A stretch of 64,000 bases of DNA from Candidatus Sigynarchaeum calidifontis (GCA_030587475.2 JAUQYZ020000114.1:1-64000), one strand, 5' to 3'; positions 17,858-26,778 are shown, numbered from the stretch's first letter. Translations and numbers: made by a program. Notes: generated by a model from the letters alone, not told the origin.

Positions 17858-19447
17858 TCAAGGCGTGAATGGCTTGTCGCAGTACACGCACGGGATCGAT
17901 ATCCCGATAACTTGCTTGAACTGGGCCTGGGGAAGGGCCATGTGCTGGGAACAATGCGGGCATTTGAAAACTCGGTTTACGGGCAATCCACACTCAGAAC
18001 AAGCATAAACGAGATCCGGGTCTGGATCGGGAATTTTATAGAATTTTCCGCAACCAGTGCAGACAAAGTTTGGTTCCTTCATGATCGAAGGTGCTTTTTC
18101 AAGTTTAGCTTCCGGTTCGACTTGGGGTTCAGCTTCCGGTTCTACTCGTGACTCCGGAGAAATTGATTCCTCGTTGGGGGCTGTTATATCAAAATTGGAT
18201 ATTTGTTCATCTATATACCCGGCATTATCTGCTTTGACCGCACCTTGTCCAGGATCAAGAGTTAGATCATCAGCATTAACTTGGACAGACCCTTGCCTTT
18301 CAAGTGAATCGAGTTCTGTTGCCGCAGGAATGTCTAAATTAAGGAGCGGGCGTTGATTTACTGGAGATTTAGCGATCGTGGATGGCCTGGTTCTCGTGTA
18401 TGCCTGGAGCTTTATTTCGGGATTGGGGTTCAAGGTCCCATCATCTGAAACCGTGACCGGCGCTTGCACCTTGGCAGCTTTTTCAAGTTCCTCGGAGGAA
18501 CTCTCTTCCTTCTCCTTCAATTTATCGACGATCTTGTCGAGCATATCTTCTGCAAACTTGACGTGTTCTTTTATTTCTTCCATCGCTGCATTTGAAAGAC
18601 CAGAAAAGGGGCGCGCAAGTTGCTTTTTATATTGCTGAACGGCTGAGCCAAGCATCTGTCGTGCTTCGGAATAATCCCCCGACTCGAAACACGCGGCACC
18701 ATAATAGAGCTGTGCGTCTGGATTGCTCGCCCCCTTTGAAAGTGCCTCCTGAAAGCACGTTTTTGCTTTTTCGATGTCGCCCCGCGCGAGCAGCTGGCGT
18801 CCTTGATCTATCCATTCTGCAGTACTGGAAGGTGTAGTAGGCCTATGCATTTGCGGAGTACCACGCGGCGATGCTGAAAAGGGTATAGAACCTGTCAACG
18901 GGTTGGAAATGCTCGCGGGCGATGATCGTGGCGTAGTGGGTGTTGCCGGCACGGTTGGCTTGGTGGGCGTCGCCGGCAATGCTGCTGGTTTTGGAGCCGG
19001 CGAAGGTTGCGCATCTACCGGCTTCGGGGAGGCGGGCGGGGTGGCAGACACTTGCTTGGAATGTTTCTCCTTCTCGGCGAGTTCGCGAAAGACATCACCG
19101 ATCTTCTTGTGGTGCTCAGCGATTGGATCGAGCGCGCTCGCGAGCTGGTTTTGCACGGATCTGTCGTTCACTTGTGCTATGAGCTCGGCATACTCGCGGG
19201 CGAGTACCGGGATCTTGTTGTAATAATCTATTCCTTGCACTCGAACGTCTGGATTGCTGGATTGAAAGCATTCTATCATCTTGAGATAGGTCTGCCGGAT
19301 CTCCTCGTACTTTGCCACGATCTTGTTCTTCAACTGGTTATTCTTGACAGCATTATATGCGGCAGCTCCCCCACGAAGCGCTTTAATGCCCAGCCCGATA
19401 AGATTGAAGACCACGGTTCCCACCTTTCTGCCAGAAACAAATATCAC
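17858..19447 (-). CDS. TPR protein with Pro/Ser/Thr-rich linker and C-terminal zinc ribbons (4 CxxC)
   Basis: TPRs (WIDQG.QLL.RGD.EKA..CFQEAL; AQLYYG..CFE.GDY.EA), low-complexity linkers, and CTGC/CSEC/CPHC/CVYC. Start uncertain. Confidence 0.7.
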   Translation of the reverse strand: MIFVSGRKVGTVVFNLIGLGIKALRGGAAAYNAVKNNQLKNKIVAKYEEIRQTYLKMIECFQSSNPDVRVQGIDYYNKIPVLAREYAELIAQVNDRSVQNQLASALDPIAEHHKKIGDVFRELAEKEKHSKQVSATPPASPKPVDAQPSPAPKPAALPATPTKPTVPATPTTPRSSPASISNPLTGSIPFSASPRGTPQMHRPTTPSSTAEWIDQGRQLLARGDIEKAKTCFQEALSKGASNPDAQLYYGAACFESGDYSEARQMLGSAVQQYKKQLARPFSGLSNAAMEEIKEHVKFAEDMLDKIVDKLKEKEESSSEELEKAAKVQAPVTVSDDGTLNPNPEIKLQAYTRTRPSTIAKSPVNQRPLLNLDIPAATELDSLERQGSVQVNADDLTLDPGQGAVKADNAGYIDEQISNFDITAPNEESISPESRVEPEAEPQVEPEAKLEKAPSIMKEPNFVCTGCGKFYKIPDPDPDLVYACSECGLPVNRVFKCPHCSQHMALPQAQFKQVIGISIPCVYCDKPFTP

Positions 19448-19646
19448 CTCTTATAATATAAAAATAGCGATCGCACGTGTGCCGAGAAATTTCGATGGTA
19501 TATTTCCTCGCGAAAGGAACACAGAACAAAAAAAAGTGGCTGAGCTTTTTTCCCAGCACGTTATTTTCAAGCAAGCGTTATTAACGCCAGCATCGAAGAT
19601 TTGACAAGGGAATAGTAAACGTCTATGGAACGAGGCGTGAAAAAAA

Positions 19647-20672
19647 ATGGGTGGTTACGGGTCAGACTATGATATCTCGACCGATGATGCTGTCGTGAAA
19701 AAGTCCGCATCATCTTACAACATCGATAAGGGCCGAAAATACGAGGAACCCAAGAAGGTTTTCCCGTCCCCCGTTAACAAGGTGCTCATCACTAAAGCAA
19801 AGTTTCCCCTGGTCATCGCCGTGGACGTTACCGGGAGCATGAGAGAATTCCCCAAGATCATTTTCGAGAAGCTGTGCATCTTGTATAACGAGGTCATGCT
19901 TTTCCTCCCCGAGGCCCTCAAGGAAAGTTTCGAGATCTCCTTCGCAGCCATCGGCGACGCGTATTCCGACCAGGCGCCCGTCCAAGTGACCGATTTCGCG
20001 TCTGGCAAGGAACTCGACCAGAACATCAAGTCGCTCTATCCCGAGGGCGGCGGTGGTGGCCAAGCCAGGGAGACCTACGAGCTCATCGCCTATTTTTATG
20101 CCCGGCATTGCAATCTCGTCAATCCTCTAGACAAGCCTCGCCCGCTCTTCATCTTCGTCGGTGACGAGGGCTTCTACGCGAAGGTCAACAGGGAGCACGT
20201 TCGCCAGCATATTTCGACCGAGGATAAACTCACGAGCGATTTAATCAGCGAGGATGTCTTCAACGTTCTCAAGCAAAAGTTCAACGTTTATATTCTTCGT
20301 GTGGTTTACGGGAATCCCGACGACGAGAAGGAAATCGATGCGAAGTGGCGCAAGGTGCTCGGTGACAAGCATGTGATCATCATGCAAGATCCAAGGCGGA
20401 TCGTCGACACGATCATCGGCATCGTCGCGACCGTGGTCGATGGCTTCGATGCATTCAAGCAACGTATCGAAGTACGGCAGACTCCCGAGCAAGTAGCGCA
20501 AGTCTACTCGAGCCTTGATGGTATCGAGGACGAATCGACGCAGAAAAAATACGTGATGACCATTCAGGCACTCGAATGCCCGAAATGCGGCGCGAAGCTC
20601 AAGGACGTGCCGGATTTCGCGAAGCCCGTGAAATGCGAGGCATGCGGTTATCTCCTCGTGCGAATCACTTGA
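19647..20672 (+). CDS. vWA-domain protein (DxTxS MIDAS, GGGG loop) with C-terminal zinc ribbon
   Basis: DVTGSM, AIGDA, EGGGGG..ETYEL, FVGDE, then CPKC...CEAC. Begins MGGYGS. Confidence 0.8.
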   Translation: MGGYGSDYDISTDDAVVKKSASSYNIDKGRKYEEPKKVFPSPVNKVLITKAKFPLVIAVDVTGSMREFPKIIFEKLCILYNEVMLFLPEALKESFEISFAAIGDAYSDQAPVQVTDFASGKELDQNIKSLYPEGGGGGQARETYELIAYFYARHCNLVNPLDKPRPLFIFVGDEGFYAKVNREHVRQHISTEDKLTSDLISEDVFNVLKQKFNVYILRVVYGNPDDEKEIDAKWRKVLGDKHVIIMQDPRRIVDTIIGIVATVVDGFDAFKQRIEVRQTPEQVAQVYSSLDGIEDESTQKKYVMTIQALECPKCGAKLKDVPDFAKPVKCEACGYLLVRIT

Positions 20673-21289
20673 AGGTGGCCGGGCTCGTGCGGGTCATCCG
20701 ATCTCGCTCGTTGTTGGATGCGTGGAAGGAAGCCGTCCGCGTGATACTTTCCGAGGGACATGGAGGCACGGATGAAGGCCAACCCATGAGGGAGTTTTTG
20801 GACTTGTACCTCGATATCACCGATCCCGCTCCTGAACCAACGATTGCCCGGGTGAACCCGAAGATGGCCGCGTGGATGCACGCCAATTTCACCGAAAAAG
20901 CGCCCGTGCCCGAGCTCGGCAACGCGAAAAGCTATGCTACCCGCCTTTACGACTACCATGGCTTGGATCAAATCGCCTCGGTTGTAAAAAAACTACGGGC
21001 AAAACCGGAAACAAAGTCGGCAACCATCACGACCCTCATGCCAAATGATGACACGAGTTACGTGCCGTGCGTGAGTATGCTCGACTTTAAAAACCGCGAT
21101 GGCACGCTAATCCTCACGGTCACATGCCGCAGCCTTGATTTTGGCAAGAAAGCCGTTCACAACCTTGCAGAACTCGCGGCCATCGGCCAGGAAGTCAAGG
21201 CCGCGATCAAGGCTGCCAGGCTCGCCTTGCACGTGCACGCCATCTCGGCACACGTGTACCAAAACGACATCGACTCTTTACCCACGTGA
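20669..21289 (+). CDS. Thymidylate synthase-like protein (short, divergent)
   Basis: Y..RL, DQI..VV..L, VPC (catalytic Cys), RSLD, HNL and SAHVY. The TTG start overlaps the vWA stop (TTGA); alternative GTG at 20675. Confidence 0.75.
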   Translation: MKVAGLVRVIRSRSLLDAWKEAVRVILSEGHGGTDEGQPMREFLDLYLDITDPAPEPTIARVNPKMAAWMHANFTEKAPVPELGNAKSYATRLYDYHGLDQIASVVKKLRAKPETKSATITTLMPNDDTSYVPCVSMLDFKNRDGTLILTVTCRSLDFGKKAVHNLAELAAIGQEVKAAIKAARLALHVHAISAHVYQNDIDSLPT

Positions 21290-21295
21290 CCTGTC

Positions 21296-22084
21296 ATGAG
21301 CCCCATGAGCGAGGAATACTGGTTCAAGCAGCTTAAAATCAACGGTGCTGGCTACATGGATCGCGTCGACGATCTCAAGCGGATCCTCATCAACGCCCGC
21401 GGTTACGTGTTCGAAAAGCCCATCGGGGAGCACGTGGTCGTCTTGTTCTCGGGTGGCTTGGACTCGACGGCGCTCGTCGACATGGTTCTCAAGCAGTGGA
21501 AGTGCAAGGTGATCTTGATCTACATCCGCCGCGACGCGAGGAACCAGGTCTATGAGGAGGAGGCCGTCGATTTTTTTTCGAACTTCTACGCGAAGCGATA
21601 CCCCGGTCAAGTCATCGAGATTATCAAGCTCACCATCCAGATCCCCTGCCGCGTCAACCGCGAGTACCTCGACAAGAACCGGCAGCATGTCATGGGCCTG
21701 CCCATGCGAAATGCAATCATGTGGGCAAATGCAGTTACCCAGGCGGTGTACTTGTGCGAAAAGTACAACACGACCATCCGCACCGTCCTCGTCGGGTCGG
21801 TACGCGACGATAGTGACAGCCCCGAATCCGGTTACTTGTCCGTCCTGTCAATGTGCCTCCACGCGTGCATCTGCCTTGGCACGTGGAATTTCCAGGTCAA
21901 TGCGCCGCTCATGGACAACTCGTTCGTGGTCGGTGGCTATTTCAAGAAGGATCTCGTTAAATATTGCGTTGGTGAACGGATCCCCATCGAGAAGACGCGT
22001 TCGTGCTTTCTCGAAACGCGGGATCCGTGCGGCGAGTGCATCGCGTGCAAGAAGCGCGCGGCCGCGTTCGCGGAGGCGAAATAA
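21296..22084 (+). CDS. QueC-like PP-loop ATPase with C-terminal zinc site
   Basis: FSGGLDS PP-loop, PMRN, and TRSC-x(6)-PCGECIAC. Confidence 0.8.
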   Translation: MSPMSEEYWFKQLKINGAGYMDRVDDLKRILINARGYVFEKPIGEHVVVLFSGGLDSTALVDMVLKQWKCKVILIYIRRDARNQVYEEEAVDFFSNFYAKRYPGQVIEIIKLTIQIPCRVNREYLDKNRQHVMGLPMRNAIMWANAVTQAVYLCEKYNTTIRTVLVGSVRDDSDSPESGYLSVLSMCLHACICLGTWNFQVNAPLMDNSFVVGGYFKKDLVKYCVGERIPIEKTRSCFLETRDPCGECIACKKRAAAFAEAK

Positions 22085-23032
22085 ATGACCGAGATCATCG
22101 TAACAACAGCACCGGATGCGCCCTTTATCCCTGCCATCGCCCGGATCGATGCCGTGACAGGGTTCAGGTTCAACACGGGCTATTCCTACTTCAAGGGAAG
22201 CAAGGTCGAAGCCCTCCGTGCTTTCAAGGCCGCGACGGGTAACAAAACGGCGTGGATAGACCTTAAAACCCGCGAGCTCAAGCTTCTCGAAGCCACGGAA
22301 ATCAACGCTGGCAATCAAGTGCTCGAGATCAACCACAAGGTCAAGATCGACAGGTTACCCGCCGCCTTGTATTTCAACGAAGGCAAGAGAGCGGTCGAGA
22401 TCGACCAGGTAATCGACGGAAACAAGCTTCACGTGAAGATCCCGCCCGGCCGCAAGAATTTCAACATTTCTTTCGGGAAGGGCACGTCTTTCAACATGCC
22501 GGATGCAAAAATAACGGACGATTTTCTCACGGCACGTGATATCGAATTCGTGAAGGCTGCTCGCGAGCTGGGCATGCACGACTACTGCCTTTCCTACGTC
22601 GAGGCAGCATCGGATTTCGACGAGCTGCTTCGGCTCGACCCGGCCGCGCGCATCATCGCCAAGATCGAGTCGCCCCGCGGCTTGCAGTTCGTCGCGACCG
22701 GGTATCGCGACGTGAAGGCCAAGGTACGCCTGCTAGCTGCCCGCGGGGACATGTACGTGGAACTGGATCGCCCGCACGACATGCTCCATGCCTTGAAGGT
22801 CATCATCGACGCGGATCCCCGCGCCATCGGGGCGTCCCGGTTGCTCTTGTCGTTCCTCGAACCGGGGAGCATGCCCTCGTGCTCGGACATTTGTGACATC
22901 GGTTTCTTGTTCAAGCTCGGTTATAAATCCTTCTTGCTCGGCGACGAGCTTTGTGCCGACGAGAACGTGCTGAAATCAGCGATCGGCGTCATCCTTGCCA
23001 TCCAGGAGAGTTACCTTGCCGGACGCTTCTAA
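22085..23032 (+). CDS. Pyruvate-kinase-like barrel protein lacking the C-terminal regulatory domain
   Basis: RFN, IDLK.RE, LSYV, IAKIES..G, ARGDMYVE, ASRLLLS, PSCSD and LGDE align with PK motifs. Only 315 aa; the ATG directly follows the QueC-like stop. Confidence 0.75.
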   Translation: MTEIIVTTAPDAPFIPAIARIDAVTGFRFNTGYSYFKGSKVEALRAFKAATGNKTAWIDLKTRELKLLEATEINAGNQVLEINHKVKIDRLPAALYFNEGKRAVEIDQVIDGNKLHVKIPPGRKNFNISFGKGTSFNMPDAKITDDFLTARDIEFVKAARELGMHDYCLSYVEAASDFDELLRLDPAARIIAKIESPRGLQFVATGYRDVKAKVRLLAARGDMYVELDRPHDMLHALKVIIDADPRAIGASRLLLSFLEPGSMPSCSDICDIGFLFKLGYKSFLLGDELCADENVLKSAIGVILAIQESYLAGRF

Positions 23033-23101
23033 AAGCCATGTCTCATGGCAGTGAGATGGCTCGTGATATCTTTTTTATTCAACGTGTACAGCATCAATAT
23101 T

Positions 23102-23758
23102 ATGTTGCTTCCGATCATCTTCCTCGTTGGGCTCGGCATCGCGTCGCTCTGCAACATCTTGGGCCATCTCAAGGAATCGAAGCCGATGGTGTTCGTCTCG
23201 AAACCGTTGCTCGTGCCCTTCATCATCTGCTTTTATGTTTCGTTGGTTACTGCTTTCGATCCGCTGATCGTGCTTGCGCTGGCGTTTGGTTGCGGTGGCG
23301 ACGTGTGCTTGCTGTTTCGGAAGACCAACCCGAAGGCCATGATTTTTGGCTTGCTTTCTTTCATGATCGGGCACGTGTTCTACATCGTTTCGTTTGGCAT
23401 TTCCACGCGATTTTTCTCGAACGCGCAGTGGTGGTTCATGCTACTTGTAACGCCATATGTAATTGTCGCGATCGGCATGTTCAAGATGCTAGAGAAGGAT
23501 CTCGGCAAGATGAAGGGTGCGGCGACCGCGTACATGGGCATCTTGCTTGCCATGAGCGTGTTTGCCCTTTCCCGGTTGTTCACCGCGCCCCCGACTTCGG
23601 CTTGCGTCACGTGGCTTGGCTCCTTGTCGTTCATCGTGTCGGATGCAGTTCTTGCAGTCGAATATTTCAAGTTGAAACGGGAGATTCTGCACCACACGGT
23701 CGTGATGGCCACTTACATCGTCGCCCAGCTGCTGATCGTTGTAGGGTTGCTCATCTAG
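23102..23758 (+). CDS. YhhN/TMEM86 family lysoplasmalogenase-like membrane protein
   Basis: KP, GDV.L, FGL.SF..GH..Y, SD..L and TY..AQ motifs; about 8 TM segments. Start taken at MLLPI. Confidence 0.85.
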   Translation: MLLPIIFLVGLGIASLCNILGHLKESKPMVFVSKPLLVPFIICFYVSLVTAFDPLIVLALAFGCGGDVCLLFRKTNPKAMIFGLLSFMIGHVFYIVSFGISTRFFSNAQWWFMLLVTPYVIVAIGMFKMLEKDLGKMKGAATAYMGILLAMSVFALSRLFTAPPTSACVTWLGSLSFIVSDAVLAVEYFKLKREILHHTVVMATYIVAQLLIVVGLLI

Positions 23759-23847
23759 GCAAAAAAGGGGAACCGGTGAAGCATGCCTGTTCATCGTGTC
23801 ATGATGAAGTAGGTTTTTTACTCGAAAAACATCGGGAGGTTTTGACC

Positions 23848-25668
23848 ATGATGGACAACAACTCGCAGCATAATAGGGAACAGAAAATACACACCATCGG
23901 ATCGGGCATCTGGCTGCTTGTATTCAGCGCGCTGTTCGTGGCCTTGATCATCTATGCGAATTCCGAGGATCTCTTGATCCAAGACGACGCTATCTTGCAA
24001 GCGGCTGTATATCTCATCTTGACCATGGCGATCTTGACGTGGATCGCTACCGTGATCTGGATGATCCAGCGTGGGAAACCGAACTTGATTACCCTCGCCC
24101 ATCCAGCGGTCAAGTACGTCGTCGCCGGCATCATCGCAGCTGGTTGCATCTCGTTCGTGATCCTTCTCCTCATCTTGTACCAGGCGTATGGTTCCTACCT
24201 GGAAGGGGAATATTCTTGGGGATCCTTCGTGGTTATCGGCATCGCTGCTTTCTTTCTCCTTGGTGGCGCTTGGCACCTGGCCCGGCTGGCGAAACCCGAT
24301 TTTATCAAGCGAAAAGAACGGCCGTACACGAGGAAAGGCCCGCGGGTATTTTTCGTTGCGTTGTGCATCGCCGTCCTGACTGGCGCTGGTTCATTGTTCG
24401 GCGCGATCGCCACTTCCGAAGATACCGGCATCGTCATACCATACCAATTTGCCCCCGAGTCGGGCACGACTAACACGAGCGTCATTCTTCTCATCGGCGA
24501 CGGGATGGGCCCTCAACAGATGGAGCTCGGGCGCTTGGTCGAATACGGGCCGAGTGCCAAAGCCGCCTTCAATCGGTTCAATTACACCACGACCGTGTCG
24601 ACGAACAACATCAACGGTGGCACGACCGACTCTGCAGCGGGAGCTACGGCCATCGGAACGGGAACGCGCACGAGCAACGGCCGCTTAGCAATGAGCGTGG
24701 ATGGCAAGAACCTCACCACTATCCTCGAAATAGCCAAGCAGAAAGGATACGCGACGGGCTTGATATCCATTTGCGAACTGCCGCATGCGACCCCCGCGGC
24801 ATTTGCCTCGCACCAGCCCAACCGGAACATGTACCCGGCGATCGCTGCCGACATTGCCCGGCACAAGGTGGATGTTTTGCTGGGTGGGGGCTGGGATGCG
24901 AACAAATTTGGATCGCAAGTGGCCGGTCTGCAATCGTGCGGGTACGCATACGCGACGAACAAGACCCAACTCGCCGCCATTGTCGCGGCGCCGGCTCTAG
25001 GTCTGTTCGCGGGCGGGAGTCTCCCGAAAACACAAAGTTACACGGACACGTCCCCGCAGCCAACCTTGCTTGAAATGGTGATCAAGGGAATCGAATTGCT
25101 CAACGCCACGGGGAAACCGTTTTTCTTGATGGTAGAGGAGTCGGCCATCGACTGGGCTGCCGGTGATGCGGTTTACGCTGCCCACGAGATGATCATGTTC
25201 GACAAGGTCATCAATTATACCATCAACCTCGCGTTAACAAACCCGAAACTCCAAGTCTTGCTCACGGCCGATCACGAGACCGGCGGGTTGCAGATCCTCG
25301 GTACCGATCGTCTCACAGGTCCACTTCCCGATGCATCCCTTTCGCTTGCAGAAAACACGGCGCGCCGGACGACGCGGGCAGGGCAAGTGAGCGTGGCGTG
25401 GACTGCCGGCGGCCACACGAAAACCAAGGTCATCCTTGCCGGGATCGGCCCGTACGCGTCCCAGATCCCCCACGCACGGTACAACATCGACACGTTCAGC
25501 TTGATGCGAATGGCCATCGAGGGAAAGAGCGGCCCCGTGGAACAAGCACCTTTCACATTCCAGGCCGTCTGGTTCGTTTACATCGCGTTCGGGGGCATGG
25601 CCGGCGTGGTGGTGGTGCTCGTCATCTTGTACGCGTGGAATTCCAAGAAGAAAAGGCCGAGTAAATAG
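23848..25668 (+). CDS. Membrane-anchored alkaline phosphatase (PhoA family)
   Basis: GDGMG, TDSAA (catalytic Ser), HATPAAF, TADHETGG and GGHT; about 5 N-terminal TMs and one C-terminal TM. GGAGG SD before the ATG at 23848. Confidence 0.85.
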   Translation: MMDNNSQHNREQKIHTIGSGIWLLVFSALFVALIIYANSEDLLIQDDAILQAAVYLILTMAILTWIATVIWMIQRGKPNLITLAHPAVKYVVAGIIAAGCISFVILLLILYQAYGSYLEGEYSWGSFVVIGIAAFFLLGGAWHLARLAKPDFIKRKERPYTRKGPRVFFVALCIAVLTGAGSLFGAIATSEDTGIVIPYQFAPESGTTNTSVILLIGDGMGPQQMELGRLVEYGPSAKAAFNRFNYTTTVSTNNINGGTTDSAAGATAIGTGTRTSNGRLAMSVDGKNLTTILEIAKQKGYATGLISICELPHATPAAFASHQPNRNMYPAIAADIARHKVDVLLGGGWDANKFGSQVAGLQSCGYAYATNKTQLAAIVAAPALGLFAGGSLPKTQSYTDTSPQPTLLEMVIKGIELLNATGKPFFLMVEESAIDWAAGDAVYAAHEMIMFDKVINYTINLALTNPKLQVLLTADHETGGLQILGTDRLTGPLPDASLSLAENTARRTTRAGQVSVAWTAGGHTKTKVILAGIGPYASQIPHARYNIDTFSLMRMAIEGKSGPVEQAPFTFQAVWFVYIAFGGMAGVVVVLVILYAWNSKKKRPSK

Positions 25669-25707
25669 GTTGTATCCGCGTCATTCCGTCTTTATTACCC
25701 TTTATTT

Positions 25708-26475
25708 CTACGCTTTTGGCGTTTTGTAGGCAAGGTTCGGGAAAAATCGCTTCTTGATCTCGATGCCTGTCCACACGATGGAGATGACGAATTCAGGCAG
25801 TGTTTTGTGCATGAGCAAGATGATGATGGCAGCGATGAACGAGCTCGCCGCGGAGATGGAATAATGGATGTCATCCCATTGTACCGTAGGGTTCAAGGCG
25901 TAGATGCCGAGCTGTATCCACATGCGGACGATGTTAACGACGTAAAAGATTGCCGACGACCAGAAGAGCGCGGTGATCTTGCGCATCCATATACCCTTGC
26001 TCGCCGCCGGATCTGCCGAGTGCGGAGTTAAGAGAATGATGGCGGCGAAAATGATGATGGCCTGAAAGCCCGTGCAGAACGTTACGAATTGTATTTGCCC
26101 GCGATTTGGAATGTTGAAAAATATCTCGATATCGTCCACCGGTGCGAAGAAGATGCGACCGAATCCGACATGGTTGTAGAGATCGGGGAAATTCGTGAAG
26201 ACCGGCAGTGAATCCACTCGATATTCGATGGAAAACTCGTTTCCTTTGAGGAATGGCGCAAGCACGAAGTTGATCGAGCTGATGGTTTGATCGCCGACGA
26301 TGACGCGAATCCACGTTGCATATTCCAATAGTTGGTAAAAGATGACGATGAAGACGGGCGCGGCGATGGCGAATATGGCCATCTGCGTCCACGAGAACCG
26401 GTATTTCTTGCCTTCATAGATTATGACCGTTGGTTTCTGCCCACGGTCGCCAGGCACGTCCTCTATTGCGGGCAT
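25708..26475 (-). CDS. Archaeosortase/exosortase family transpeptidase
   Basis: Membrane protein with catalytic-type Cys (FCTG), Arg (NIVR) and His (WDDIH). Confidence 0.8.
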   Translation of the reverse strand: MPAIEDVPGDRGQKPTVIIYEGKKYRFSWTQMAIFAIAAPVFIVIFYQLLEYATWIRVIVGDQTISSINFVLAPFLKGNEFSIEYRVDSLPVFTNFPDLYNHVGFGRIFFAPVDDIEIFFNIPNRGQIQFVTFCTGFQAIIIFAAIILLTPHSADPAASKGIWMRKITALFWSSAIFYVVNIVRMWIQLGIYALNPTVQWDDIHYSISAASSFIAAIIILLMHKTLPEFVISIVWTGIEIKKRFFPNLAYKTPKA

Positions 26476-26778
26476 GGCAAGAGAAAAAGCCAGTTAAAGC
26501 ATTTGTGCTTTCGCATTTTAATAAAAAATGGACTTCGCGTTAATAATAAAAGTGGTTTCCTATCTTTTTCGTGAGGCGCTTTGGAAGTCTTTTATATTCT
26601 CCTCTGGACTTGTTTTACCAAAGCGACGGCTGGGATTGCGTTCTGGAGCCGGGTTATTCGTCTGGTTGCCGGCCGTCGAGATCATGAGCGGCGCATCATT
26701 CCGGCATTTTTGCGCGATGAAAAATCGGAGCTGCCGGGCATCTGGCACATAAAGCATGAAGAAAAAATCCGTGATTTG

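Noticed and set aside
21296-22084. Annotation as housekeeping queC for archaeosine synthesis
   Set aside because: Canonical substrate-site motifs are altered and no pathway partners are nearby. Kept as QueC-like, although the housekeeping role cannot be fully excluded.
22951-23847. Apparent 905-aa N-terminally extended alkaline phosphatase
   Set aside because: The extension overlaps the YhhN gene in another frame; an SD-preceded ATG at 23848 is the better start.
26581-26778. 66-aa N-terminal extension of GGGP synthase
   Set aside because: It lies in the divergent promoter region; family similarity starts near the ATG at 26779.
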